DNA of 64,000 bases from positions 5,632,001-5,696,000 of the forward strand of contig OZ253462.1 of assembly GCA_965261395.1 (NCBI GenBank), read 5' to 3'. Below the pieces are notes generated by a model. It did no database searches. It was not told the origin of the DNA and saw only the letters and a list, made by a program, of their open reading frames with translations. The DNA comes from Candidatus Latescibacterota bacterium. GTDB taxonomy: Bacteria; Latescibacterota; UBA2968; UBA8231. Shown here piece by piece: positions 19,472 through 27,149 of the stretch (within the stretch, counting starts at the first letter, position 1; every line of letters starts with the position of its first letter). Position numbers and translations under genes: made by a program.

Positions 19472-21988
19472 CTAGAAGCGCCGCTGGCCGCGCTCGAGTT
19501 TGAGTTGCGGAATGTCCTTCAACTGCACCTTAAAAAAGAACGCCCGGTTTTTGTGAAGGGTACTCGGTTGCACATTGAAGGTCGCGGTCCAGTCGTGGAA
19601 CTCCTTTTGCAGGGACAACAGCTCGGAAGTAATGCGCTCGCTGGCCAACAGCCGCGTCCCCGGGGCGCGCAGGTTGTAGTTGAGCGAATAATTGCAATAC
19701 CAGCTCGACCACAAGCTAAAGCCGGCTGAGGCCCGTACCCAAGAGCGGATGAAGCTAGAGGTCGCAGTCGTGGCGCGGCGGTGCGAGATGTAGTGGCTGA
19801 GCTGGAAGCGGCTGCCGCGACGGCGGGTATCGATGTCGCGCATGAGGCCGCTTTCAAAGCCGAAACTACTCTGCCCATAGGGGCTGGAGGTGCCAAAGCT
19901 ACTCTGTCCATAGGGACTGGAGGAGCCGAAACTACTCTGTCCGTAGGGGCTGGAGGAGCCGAAGTTACTCTGTCCGTAGGGGCTGGAGGAGCCAAAGTTA
20001 CTCTGTCCGTAGCGGCTAGAGGTGCCGTAGCTATCGGTCCGGTCGGCGTCCATGCGCGACGCTGCTGACCGCTGCGACCAGCTAATCGAGGTCCGCACTT
20101 CAAGCTGCTCGCGGCGCGGTGCCAATAGGTGCAGTTGGTTTTGCTCGTCGTAGAATTTGTGGCGCAAGGTCAACCGCGAATTCAGGTAGCGACCCGCCTC
20201 GACGCTTAGGGTCGTCCGCAGGTCGTCTAGCTGGTTTTCCTTTTTTTCAAAGTCATAGGTCGTCGAGAAGTTGAGCTGGACTAGGCGCACTTTGTGCTCT
20301 TCCTCGTCGCGCAGGATTTTGGCCCAGAAGGTGTTGTCGAAGCGCAAGTCCAAGCGCCGCCGGTGTTGGAGCCGGCTGCCATCGCCGCCAAAGCCCAAGA
20401 CGCCGCCGGTGTCGGCGCGAGAGGCTTGATAGTTGAACGAGACGCTGGGTTTGAGCACGTGGCGCAGGGCTTGGAGCGGGCCGATGGATGGATTGAAGAG
20501 GCCGTAGAAGGTCTGGCTCAGGGCCGCGCGGGTCGAGAAGCGATCGCTGCGCCGGCTGCGGGTTGCGCTTTCGCGCAGATTTTGGTCGCGCCAGTCTTGG
20601 TTGAGTGATGGGCTGAGATTGAACCAAGAGAAGGGGCGGTACTGCGCGCTGACGCGCCAGCCCACTTGGGCTCTGGTTTGGCTGGTGGTGTCCGTGCGGC
20701 TGCCGCGCTGAGTATTGCGCAGGCTGGCGTTGCCGTCGTAGTAGATGCGACTGTACCAGGGGAGATTTTGGCGGCTTTGGCGGCTTTGGCCCTTGGCGGC
20801 TTGGCCCCAAATCGGCTTGCGGCTCTTGCGCAGGCTGATTTCGGGCAGAATGGTGGAGAACGTTTCGGTGTCGAGGTTTTTGGTCTGGCTCGCTTTTAGG
20901 CCCAAGCTATTGCCCGAGCCGCGCCAGCGCCGAGTGTAGCTGAGATTGGAGCGCAGGGTGCGGTTGAGGCGGTCTTGGAGGCTGGTGCTGTTGTCTTGGG
21001 CGAAGCTGTTGTTGCTCTGGAAGGTGCCGTTGGCCCGCAGGCTGGCGTTGCGCCCTAGCTCTTGGCTGTGCCTGAATTCTAGTCGCCAGTTGCGCGAGGC
21101 CGTGCGGCCGTCTTGGCGGTTTTCGAACTGGGTGCTGACGTTCCCTCTGAATCGGTAGCGCGCCGTGTAGTTGAAGCGGGCGCGCCCTAGCCAGCCCGAG
21201 CGCTGCCGCAGGTCGGCTGCGAGGGACAGGTCCCAATAGTCGTTGGGCGCGAGGTAGTAGCCCAGGTTGCGCAGCTCCCACTCGCTTTGGCGCGACCCAT
21301 ATCTAAGGGCGCGTTGCCCAAAACTCGGCGTCAAAATCCCAGACTGGCGGTCTTCGCGCAGCGAGAATACATAGAAGGGAATCCACAACAGCCGCCGCTC
21401 CTTGATGCGGAAATACACGGGTCGCGCCACGGCCATGTCGCCGGCTAAGACCTTGATCCGCGGGCTGTAGAAGTCGAAGTGCGGGTGATCGGCCTTGCAC
21501 GTGGTGTACGAGCCTTGGTGGACGTGGAACTCGGTGCCGCTGCGGGTCTGGATCAAGCGTCCGGCGTAAAATCCCTTGTCGCGGTGGATCTTGCCTTCGA
21601 GGATGGTTCCTTGCTCGGTGGAGAGGTCGTAGAGGATGCGCTCGCCGCGCAGGGTTTGGTCGCCTTGGCGCAACACTGGGCGGCCGATGACGCGCCCAAG
21701 CGAATCGAGGGATGCTCGCGCTTCGATCTGGTCGAGGTCGCGGCGGAAGACGATTTCGGCGGCCTCTAGTTCAGCGCCCTTGTGCGAGATGCGGGCCTGT
21801 CCCTGCAACAGGAGCGAGTCGCCGACCTCGTAGTAGTTCATATAGGTGGCTCGGTATGTAAAGCCTTGGTTTTTGTCCTGGCCCTTGGCTTGGGTCAGCA
21901 GGGCGTGGGCCTGTTCCAGGGTAGTCTCAGACGCCTCGCTGCTGCACGCATGGGCGAGGGTGAGGCAGAAAACCAGCAGACCGATCAT
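19472..21988 (-). CDS. lptD: LPS assembly protein LptD-like outer-membrane protein with an internal low-complexity repeat
   Basis: YTTC...PHF, R.SGIL.P.FG, LGYYLA.NDYWDL, beta-strand-rich C-terminal part. Confidence 0.75.
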   Translation of the reverse strand: MIGLLVFCLTLAHACSSEASETTLEQAHALLTQAKGQDKNQGFTYRATYMNYYEVGDSLLLQGQARISHKGAELEAAEIVFRRDLDQIEARASLDSLGRVIGRPVLRQGDQTLRGERILYDLSTEQGTILEGKIHRDKGFYAGRLIQTRSGTEFHVHQGSYTTCKADHPHFDFYSPRIKVLAGDMAVARPVYFRIKERRLLWIPFYVFSLREDRQSGILTPSFGQRALRYGSRQSEWELRNLGYYLAPNDYWDLSLAADLRQRSGWLGRARFNYTARYRFRGNVSTQFENRQDGRTASRNWRLEFRHSQELGRNASLRANGTFQSNNSFAQDNSTSLQDRLNRTLRSNLSYTRRWRGSGNSLGLKASQTKNLDTETFSTILPEISLRKSRKPIWGQAAKGQSRQSRQNLPWYSRIYYDGNASLRNTQRGSRTDTTSQTRAQVGWRVSAQYRPFSWFNLSPSLNQDWRDQNLRESATRSRRSDRFSTRAALSQTFYGLFNPSIGPLQALRHVLKPSVSFNYQASRADTGGVLGFGGDGSRLQHRRRLDLRFDNTFWAKILRDEEEHKVRLVQLNFSTTYDFEKKENQLDDLRTTLSVEAGRYLNSRLTLRHKFYDEQNQLHLLAPRREQLEVRTSISWSQRSAASRMDADRTDSYGTSSRYGQSNFGSSSPYGQSNFGSSSPYGQSSFGSSSPYGQSSFGTSSPYGQSSFGFESGLMRDIDTRRRGSRFQLSHYISHRRATTATSSFIRSWVRASAGFSLWSSWYCNYSLNYNLRAPGTRLLASERITSELLSLQKEFHDWTATFNVQPSTLHKNRAFFFKVQLKDIPQLKLERGQRRF
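19859..20030. repeat. Coding tandem repeat, five 33-bp units plus a partial unit, (YGQS[NS]FG[ST]SSP)n
   Basis: Units start at 19859, 19892, 19925, 19958, 19991. Confidence 0.95.
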
Positions 21989-22728
21989 GGCTGGCGCTGG
22001 CGCAGTACTTCGTACAGGGCAATGCCAGCGGCCACCGAGGCGTTGAGCGAGCCGATGGCATCGCGCGGCATGGGGATGTGCAAGAGTGCGTCGCAGCGCT
22101 TTTGCACCATGCGCCGCAGCCCCTTGCCCTCGCTGCCGATGACTAGGGCACAGGGCTGGGTAAAGTCCGCGGTCGTCAAGGGCTGCTCTCCTTGGGCGTC
22201 GAGTCCGGCGATGAAAAGTCCACAGGCCGCGGCCTTTTGTAGGGCCTTTTGCAAGTTGTCAACTCGGCAGACGGGCAGGTGCTGGGCCGCACCGGCGGCG
22301 GCTTTGAGCACGGCTGGCGAGAGGCCGGCAGCTTCGCGGGCGGGCACGACGACGCCTTGCGCGCCGAGCGCGTGGGCGCTGCGGATGATGGCACCGAGGT
22401 TGTGGGGATCTTGCACTTGGTCGAGAAAGAGGAGCAGGGCTGGGGTCGGCAGGTGAGCGAGCAAGTGGTCGAAGTCCGCGTACGACGTGGCTGCCGCGTA
22501 CGCGACGACACTTTGGTGGTGGGGGCCGGCGAGGCGGTCGAGCTGGGCCTTGTCGCGCAGATCATAGGGGATGTGAGCCTGCCGTGCGCGGGCGAAAATT
22601 TCGTCGATGACCGGGCCGTGTGCGCCTTTGGCGACGAGCAGACGGCGCAGGGGACGCTCGGCACGCAGGGCTTCGAGCACGGGGTGGCGGCCCCAGATTA
22701 GGTCGTCGGGTGTTTGGTTATCGGTCAC
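21985..22728 (-). CDS. rlmB: 23S rRNA (Gm2251) 2'-O-methyltransferase, TrmH/SpoU family
   Basis: GRHPVLEAL, DPHNLGAIIRSA, IGSEGKG, SLNASVA. Confidence 0.9.
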   Translation of the reverse strand: MTDNQTPDDLIWGRHPVLEALRAERPLRRLLVAKGAHGPVIDEIFARARQAHIPYDLRDKAQLDRLAGPHHQSVVAYAAATSYADFDHLLAHLPTPALLLFLDQVQDPHNLGAIIRSAHALGAQGVVVPAREAAGLSPAVLKAAAGAAQHLPVCRVDNLQKALQKAAACGLFIAGLDAQGEQPLTTADFTQPCALVIGSEGKGLRRMVQKRCDALLHIPMPRDAIGSLNASVAAGIALYEVLRQRQP

Positions 22729-24092
22729 GTTGCCTCCAACGGTGTTTCCCATAGCAAGCTCAGCGGCACAGCGTAAAGACCGTCGCCGAATCGGGTACAG
22801 GTCTCTCCGTCGTACAGCACCACGCCTCCAGCGAACCGGCTACCCGTTGCCTCCTTGAGTTTGTACAAGCCGCGGAAATCCGCTTTTGTTACAGTGGCAC
22901 CCGTCTTCACTTCCACTCCCGCAACCGCCAGCGCTCCGCGCTCAATGACGATGTCCACCTCCACCTTGTCCTTGTCTCGGTAGTGGAAAAACGCCAAGGG
23001 GGCCTCGTGCCAGCTCGCCTGCCGCCGCAACTCTTGGAACACAAAGGTCTCAAGAAGGTGACCCATCAGGGTCCGATCGGTTGCCAGTCCTGCTGCATCT
23101 ATCCCCAACAGCGCACAAGCAAGGCCGGTATCGCCGATGTGCAACTTGGGCGTCTTGATGAGCCGGCTCAGCCGATTGTGGTACCAGGGTGGAAGCCTCT
23201 CCAACAGAAACACCTGTTCGAGTAGCTTGACATAGTGAAAGATCGTCGGTCGGCTGATCTGAAAGGGGGCCGCCAGATCAGAGACATTCAGGAGCCGAGC
23301 TGTCTGCGCCGCCGCCAATTCGAGTAGGCGGGGTAGGGCCTCAAGACTGCCGATCCGCGCCAGATCGCGCACATCGCGCTGCACTTGGGCGTCGAGATAG
23401 TCGCGGTACCAGTTAGCTCGCCGCCGACCGGTCGGCCGGGCCAGTGCTGGCGGGTATCCACCGGCAACGATGCGCTCGCCGAGTTGGTTCCCGAGTCGCC
23501 CGACCTGTTGCGTCTTAAACCCACTGCTGAATAGAGCATTGAGGAAGCTGGGGAGTCCAGCCGTGGTCGCTCCAACTCCATTTTTCAAATTCAATTCTTT
23601 TAATTCGCATTGGGCGAGAGGATGCAGTCTGACCGTCTCCATGCGGCCCGCTAGGGAGTCCGACAAGTTGGGGACGAGCAGCACATTGGTTGAGCCTGTC
23701 AGTACAAAACGCCCCGGCACGCGGTTGCGATCTACTTCCATTTTCAGCGCCCCGAAAAGCGTGGGGACGCGCTGCACTTCGTCGAGGATGACGCGCTCAG
23801 GCAGATCGGCGACAAACCCCATGGGGTCGGCCTCGGCACCGGCGCGTACGACATCGTCGTCGAAGCTGATGTACGTGTACCCTCGGGGCTTGGCCCTCGC
23901 CAAGCTAAGGGGTTGGCCGTGCCATCTCAGGGTCTGACCGCGCCATCTCAGGTGTTCCGGCACGCACACCATCTGCGCGAGTGTGGTCTTGCCGCATTGC
24001 CGGGGGCCGTGGATCAGGACAATGGGTGAGTCCTCTAGTGCCTCTGCAAGAATCCGCTCGGCAAAACGCGGGTAGAGTTGAGTCTCTGGCAT
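22725..24092 (-). CDS. AAA_14 ATPase with DUF4143 C-terminal domain
   Basis: GPRQCGKT, ILDEVQ, LTGS, LAGR, K.PKL...DTG, EVDIV..EVK. Confidence 0.9.
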   Translation of the reverse strand: MPETQLYPRFAERILAEALEDSPIVLIHGPRQCGKTTLAQMVCVPEHLRWRGQTLRWHGQPLSLARAKPRGYTYISFDDDVVRAGAEADPMGFVADLPERVILDEVQRVPTLFGALKMEVDRNRVPGRFVLTGSTNVLLVPNLSDSLAGRMETVRLHPLAQCELKELNLKNGVGATTAGLPSFLNALFSSGFKTQQVGRLGNQLGERIVAGGYPPALARPTGRRRANWYRDYLDAQVQRDVRDLARIGSLEALPRLLELAAAQTARLLNVSDLAAPFQISRPTIFHYVKLLEQVFLLERLPPWYHNRLSRLIKTPKLHIGDTGLACALLGIDAAGLATDRTLMGHLLETFVFQELRRQASWHEAPLAFFHYRDKDKVEVDIVIERGALAVAGVEVKTGATVTKADFRGLYKLKEATGSRFAGGVVLYDGETCTRFGDGLYAVPLSLLWETPLEAT

Positions 24093-24156
24093 CGGCTAAT
24101 TGTAAATATTAGTCCGTCTAATTGCAAGTTTAGGGTGCGGCTGATTGAAAATTTAG
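24093..24156. promoter_or_regulatory. Three phased ~19-20-bp direct repeats directly upstream of the AAA-DUF4143 gene
   Basis: CGGCTAATTGTAAATATTAG / CGTCTAATTGCAAGTTTAG / CGGCTGATTGAAAATTTAG at 24093, 24115, 24138. Confidence 0.7.
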
Positions 24157-24316
24157 AGCCGGGCAGAGGGTAGTCTTACTCCACTGTCGCCTCAACGTAA
24201 TAATTAAAAATACTCGATGTGATGGTTAGATGGTAGAGATGTTGTCAGCGCGCTTGCACGTATGCCGATGGTCGGAAGATTGATTTAGCTCTGTTTCTTC
24301 TTATTTTCTGTTTAAT

Positions 24317-24340
24317 AAGAATATCCGCAAGAATATCCGC
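24317..24340 (+). promoter_or_regulatory. Perfect 12-bp tandem repeat (AAGAATATCCGC x2), probable antitoxin operator
   Basis: Ends 11 bp upstream of the AbrB/MazE start codon. Confidence 0.55.
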
Positions 24341-24351
24341 TAATTAAGCAA

Positions 24352-24576
24352 ATGGAACTCGCCAAGATTACAGCACGTGGGCAGACGACGATTCCCAAGC
24401 GCATCCGCGAGGCGGCCAACCTGCGAGAGGGGGACGTGATCGCCTTTGAGATTGAGGGCGGTCATCTGGTGGTGCGCAAAGTGACGCCGGGGCGGGACGA
24501 CTACCTGCAGGGCCTCTCCGAGGTAATGAGCGAATGGGCCTCGCCCGAGGACGAGGAAGCGTGGCGTGACCTTTGA
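24352..24576 (+). CDS. AbrB/MazE/SpoVT-family antitoxin
   Basis: AKITARGQTTIPK.IRE...L.EGD.I.F; acidic EW.S.EDEEAWRDL tail. Confidence 0.88.
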   Translation: MELAKITARGQTTIPKRIREAANLREGDVIAFEIEGGHLVVRKVTPGRDDYLQGLSEVMSEWASPEDEEAWRDL

Positions 24577-24901
24577 GTCGCTCGATGTAGTCGTTGTTCC
24601 CTTTCCCTTCACTGATCGAAGTGCTGCCAAGCGCCGACCGGCTCTGATCGTCTCATCGGCGAGCTTTAATGAGACTCACGAACAATCGACCTTGGCCATG
24701 ATCACCTCAGCCGGAAACGATTGGCCGAGCGACGTGACGATCCAGGACTGGCGAGAAGCCGGTCTCACTGTCCCCTGCAAGGTCCGTTTCAAGCTCTTCA
24801 CCCTCGATGATACCCTGATTGTCCGCAAGATCGGCACGTTGTCGAAACGAGATGGCCAAGCGGTGAAAAACGCTCTTTCTCGCTTCTTGGCAATCGACTG
24901 A
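24566..24901 (+). CDS. mazF: PemK/MazF-family toxin
   Basis: DVVVVPFPFTD....KRRPALIVS, AMITS. Confidence 0.88.
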   Translation: MTFESLDVVVVPFPFTDRSAAKRRPALIVSSASFNETHEQSTLAMITSAGNDWPSDVTIQDWREAGLTVPCKVRFKLFTLDDTLIVRKIGTLSKRDGQAVKNALSRFLAID

Positions 24902-24976
24902 TACTGCACTGCGACGCCGAATCGCAACTCTTACGGTAATGATCCTTTTCTGCCTAGGGGCTGAATCTCGAAAAAG

Positions 24977-26164
24977 TCATTCGCCTTCTTGGTTTTCGAG
25001 CTCTCGCAACCCCTGCTCCACTAAGGCGACCAGGCGGTTGTTGCCGGCTTTACGTGCTAAATCGCGTGCTTTCTCGAAATCCTGACGCGCTTTGTCTATT
25101 TGGCCTAGTTTGCTCTTTGCAATACCTCGGTTCTTGTAGGCTATGGCGTAGTCTGGTTTCTGTTGGATGGCTTGGTTATAATCATCTATGGCGTTTTCGT
25201 GGTGGCCCAGTTTGGTCTTCACGTTTCCCCGATTGTTGTAGGCTTCGGCAAGATTCGGCTTCAAGCGGATCGCCTCGTCATAATCGGCTATGGCGACTTC
25301 GTAGCGGTACAGTCCCGCCTTCGCAGTGCCCCGGTTGTTGTAGGCTTCGGCAAAATTTGGCTTCAAGCGGATCGCCTCGTCATAATCGGCTATGGCGACT
25401 TCGTGACGGCCTAGATCGCTCTTTGCGTTTCCCCGATTATTGTAGGCTTCGGCAAAATTTGGCTTCAAGCGGATCGCCTCATCGTATGCGTCAATCGCAT
25501 CTTCGGGTTCCCCCTGCTGGATAAGTAGATAACCGACGGAAAACCAAGCTCTGGTGGAGAGCGCTCTATCGACTTCTTCAAAAGCATCGGCGATGCCTTG
25601 CCATATCTTGAGGGCTTCTTCTCCCTTTCCTTGTCCTTGGAGAGAAACGGCCTTCGCAATCGCCTTGTCTGTCGGGGATGCTTTGGGATTTTCGCGGACA
25701 TCCTCAATGATCTGCTTAGCCTTAGTGGGATTATCGGCGACGATCTTGGCGTTTATGTCTTGAGTAAGATTTTCGGCTTCATCTCGGTACTGCTTAATCT
25801 CTTTGACATAGCTTTGAGCCTGAGTCTTGATCTCTTCAAATTCTTTGAAACTCAATACACCAGCAATCGGAATGACAATGCCGAAGACGGTAAGGACTAT
25901 GGCAACGATAGCCAGCCATCTGTTGATGGAGTTCTCCCGGTAATCCAGAATCTCTCTCTGGCGGTCGTTGAAGCGGCGCTCGAACTCGTTGAAACGGCGC
26001 TGGAGTTCGACTTCGACTGCGTCAGGTATCGTCGGCGGGGCAGTTGGGGATGTGTCGGCATCTGTCGATTGCTCGTCTGTCGCCGCCTCGTCCGCTGGTG
26101 CGCTTTCAGCTTTTGATGTCGGGTTCGCTCTACGTGAGAACCATTCCTTGATAAACCGGATCAT
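24977..26164 (-). CDS. Membrane-anchored tetratricopeptide-repeat protein
   Basis: TM helix, coiled coil, 34-aa repeats AIADYDEAIRLKPNFAEAYNNRG. Confidence 0.9.
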   Translation of the reverse strand: MIRFIKEWFSRRANPTSKAESAPADEAATDEQSTDADTSPTAPPTIPDAVEVELQRRFNEFERRFNDRQREILDYRENSINRWLAIVAIVLTVFGIVIPIAGVLSFKEFEEIKTQAQSYVKEIKQYRDEAENLTQDINAKIVADNPTKAKQIIEDVRENPKASPTDKAIAKAVSLQGQGKGEEALKIWQGIADAFEEVDRALSTRAWFSVGYLLIQQGEPEDAIDAYDEAIRLKPNFAEAYNNRGNAKSDLGRHEVAIADYDEAIRLKPNFAEAYNNRGTAKAGLYRYEVAIADYDEAIRLKPNLAEAYNNRGNVKTKLGHHENAIDDYNQAIQQKPDYAIAYKNRGIAKSKLGQIDKARQDFEKARDLARKAGNNRLVALVEQGLRELENQEGE

Positions 26165-26185
26165 CGCGTTTTCCCTTCCGGTGAA

Positions 26186-26446
26186 CTAGTCGAAACGCTT
26201 GGTCTTGAGAGCGTCTAGGTCGGCGTACTCGGTGCGTCCCTCTCCTGTGAGAGCCTGTTGTAGCGCTTCGATGGTCTCAGCATTGGGAACTCTCACAGCG
26301 AATGGCAATCCTCGATGCAGGGTGACCTGGGTATAAAACAGCGAGATCGCTTCGGTTGGCGACAACCCGAGTTCCGAGAAAACTTCTTCGGCTTGGGATT
26401 TTAACTCCGGTTCGACACAGACGCGGATCATTTCGGTCTTGGCCAT
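26186..26446 (-). CDS. RelB/DinJ-family antitoxin (no adjacent toxin)
   Basis: LK.QAE.VF.ELGLS..EAI.LFY.QV....GLPF....PNAETIEAL. Confidence 0.85.
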   Translation of the reverse strand: MAKTEMIRVCVEPELKSQAEEVFSELGLSPTEAISLFYTQVTLHRGLPFAVRVPNAETIEALQQALTGEGRTEYADLDALKTKRFD

Positions 26447-26462
26447 GGGTACATCTCCGTAC

Positions 26463-26801
26463 TTATCCATCCAATAGGGCGTCAACCTTACGGATAAGGG
26501 TTGGGAGATTGGTCTCGACCACATCCCACACCAACCTGTCATCCACGTCAGCGTATTCGTGAATTAGGACGTTGCGGAAGGAAATGATGCGTTGGTACTC
26601 GCTGATCTGGGCAGCCACTGCTTTGTCGATTTTAGCAAGTTGCGTCATGGCCTCGCCAATGATCTCGAATTTGCGCTCTACTGCGGCTCGCAGCATGGCG
26701 TCGCGCTGGTAATAGGCAAAAGTCTTGCCGGTAACGAATTCATCTAGTAAGCCCGCAGCTTGCTGGATGTCATACAGATATTTCCGCGCTTCAAGCTGCA
26801 T
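26463..26801 (-). CDS. HepT-like HEPN ribonuclease toxin (DUF86)
   Basis: AVER.FEIIGEA, RNVLIHEY (RX4HXY). Confidence 0.9.
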   Translation of the reverse strand: MQLEARKYLYDIQQAAGLLDEFVTGKTFAYYQRDAMLRAAVERKFEIIGEAMTQLAKIDKAVAAQISEYQRIISFRNVLIHEYADVDDRLVWDVVETNLPTLIRKVDALLDG

Positions 26802-27096
26802 AGAGCAGCGTCCTAGTCTCGTCAACGCGTTGTCGGAAGAAGGGATTCTTGATGGCCGAATCGACGACGAGATCTACAGGATGTCCAAAGAGCAGTTCCA
26901 GCGCCTTCAGCAGCCCGAAGTAGGCGTCGGCGTATTCTCCCGAAGCCAGCGTTTGGAATTCCACCAAGAAGTCCAAGTCGCTTTCGCCATGGTAGTTGTC
27001 GGTGGTAGCCGAGCCGAACAAGTCAAGCCGCAGCACGCGGTAACGGATGCAGAGTTGCTGTAACTCGCCGACCCGTTCCTCGACAATGGGTATCAT
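26791..27096 (-). CDS. MntA-like minimal nucleotidyltransferase antitoxin
   Basis: LFGS...SDLDFLV, VDLV; overlaps the HEPN gene. Confidence 0.9.
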   Translation of the reverse strand: MIPIVEERVGELQQLCIRYRVLRLDLFGSATTDNYHGESDLDFLVEFQTLASGEYADAYFGLLKALELLFGHPVDLVVDSAIKNPFFRQRVDETRTLLYAA

Positions 27097-27149
27097 CGGA
27101 TGCTCTCCTGTTAATCTTCCCAAAGTAGCTACTATACAGAAACTCAGCC

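Noticed and set aside
19859-20030. 33-bp repeats as a CRISPR array
   Set aside because: Head-to-tail units without unique spacers, in frame within a CDS, and no cas genes in the window.
25130-25500. 102-bp near-identical repeats as a non-coding array
   Set aside because: They encode 34-aa TPR units.
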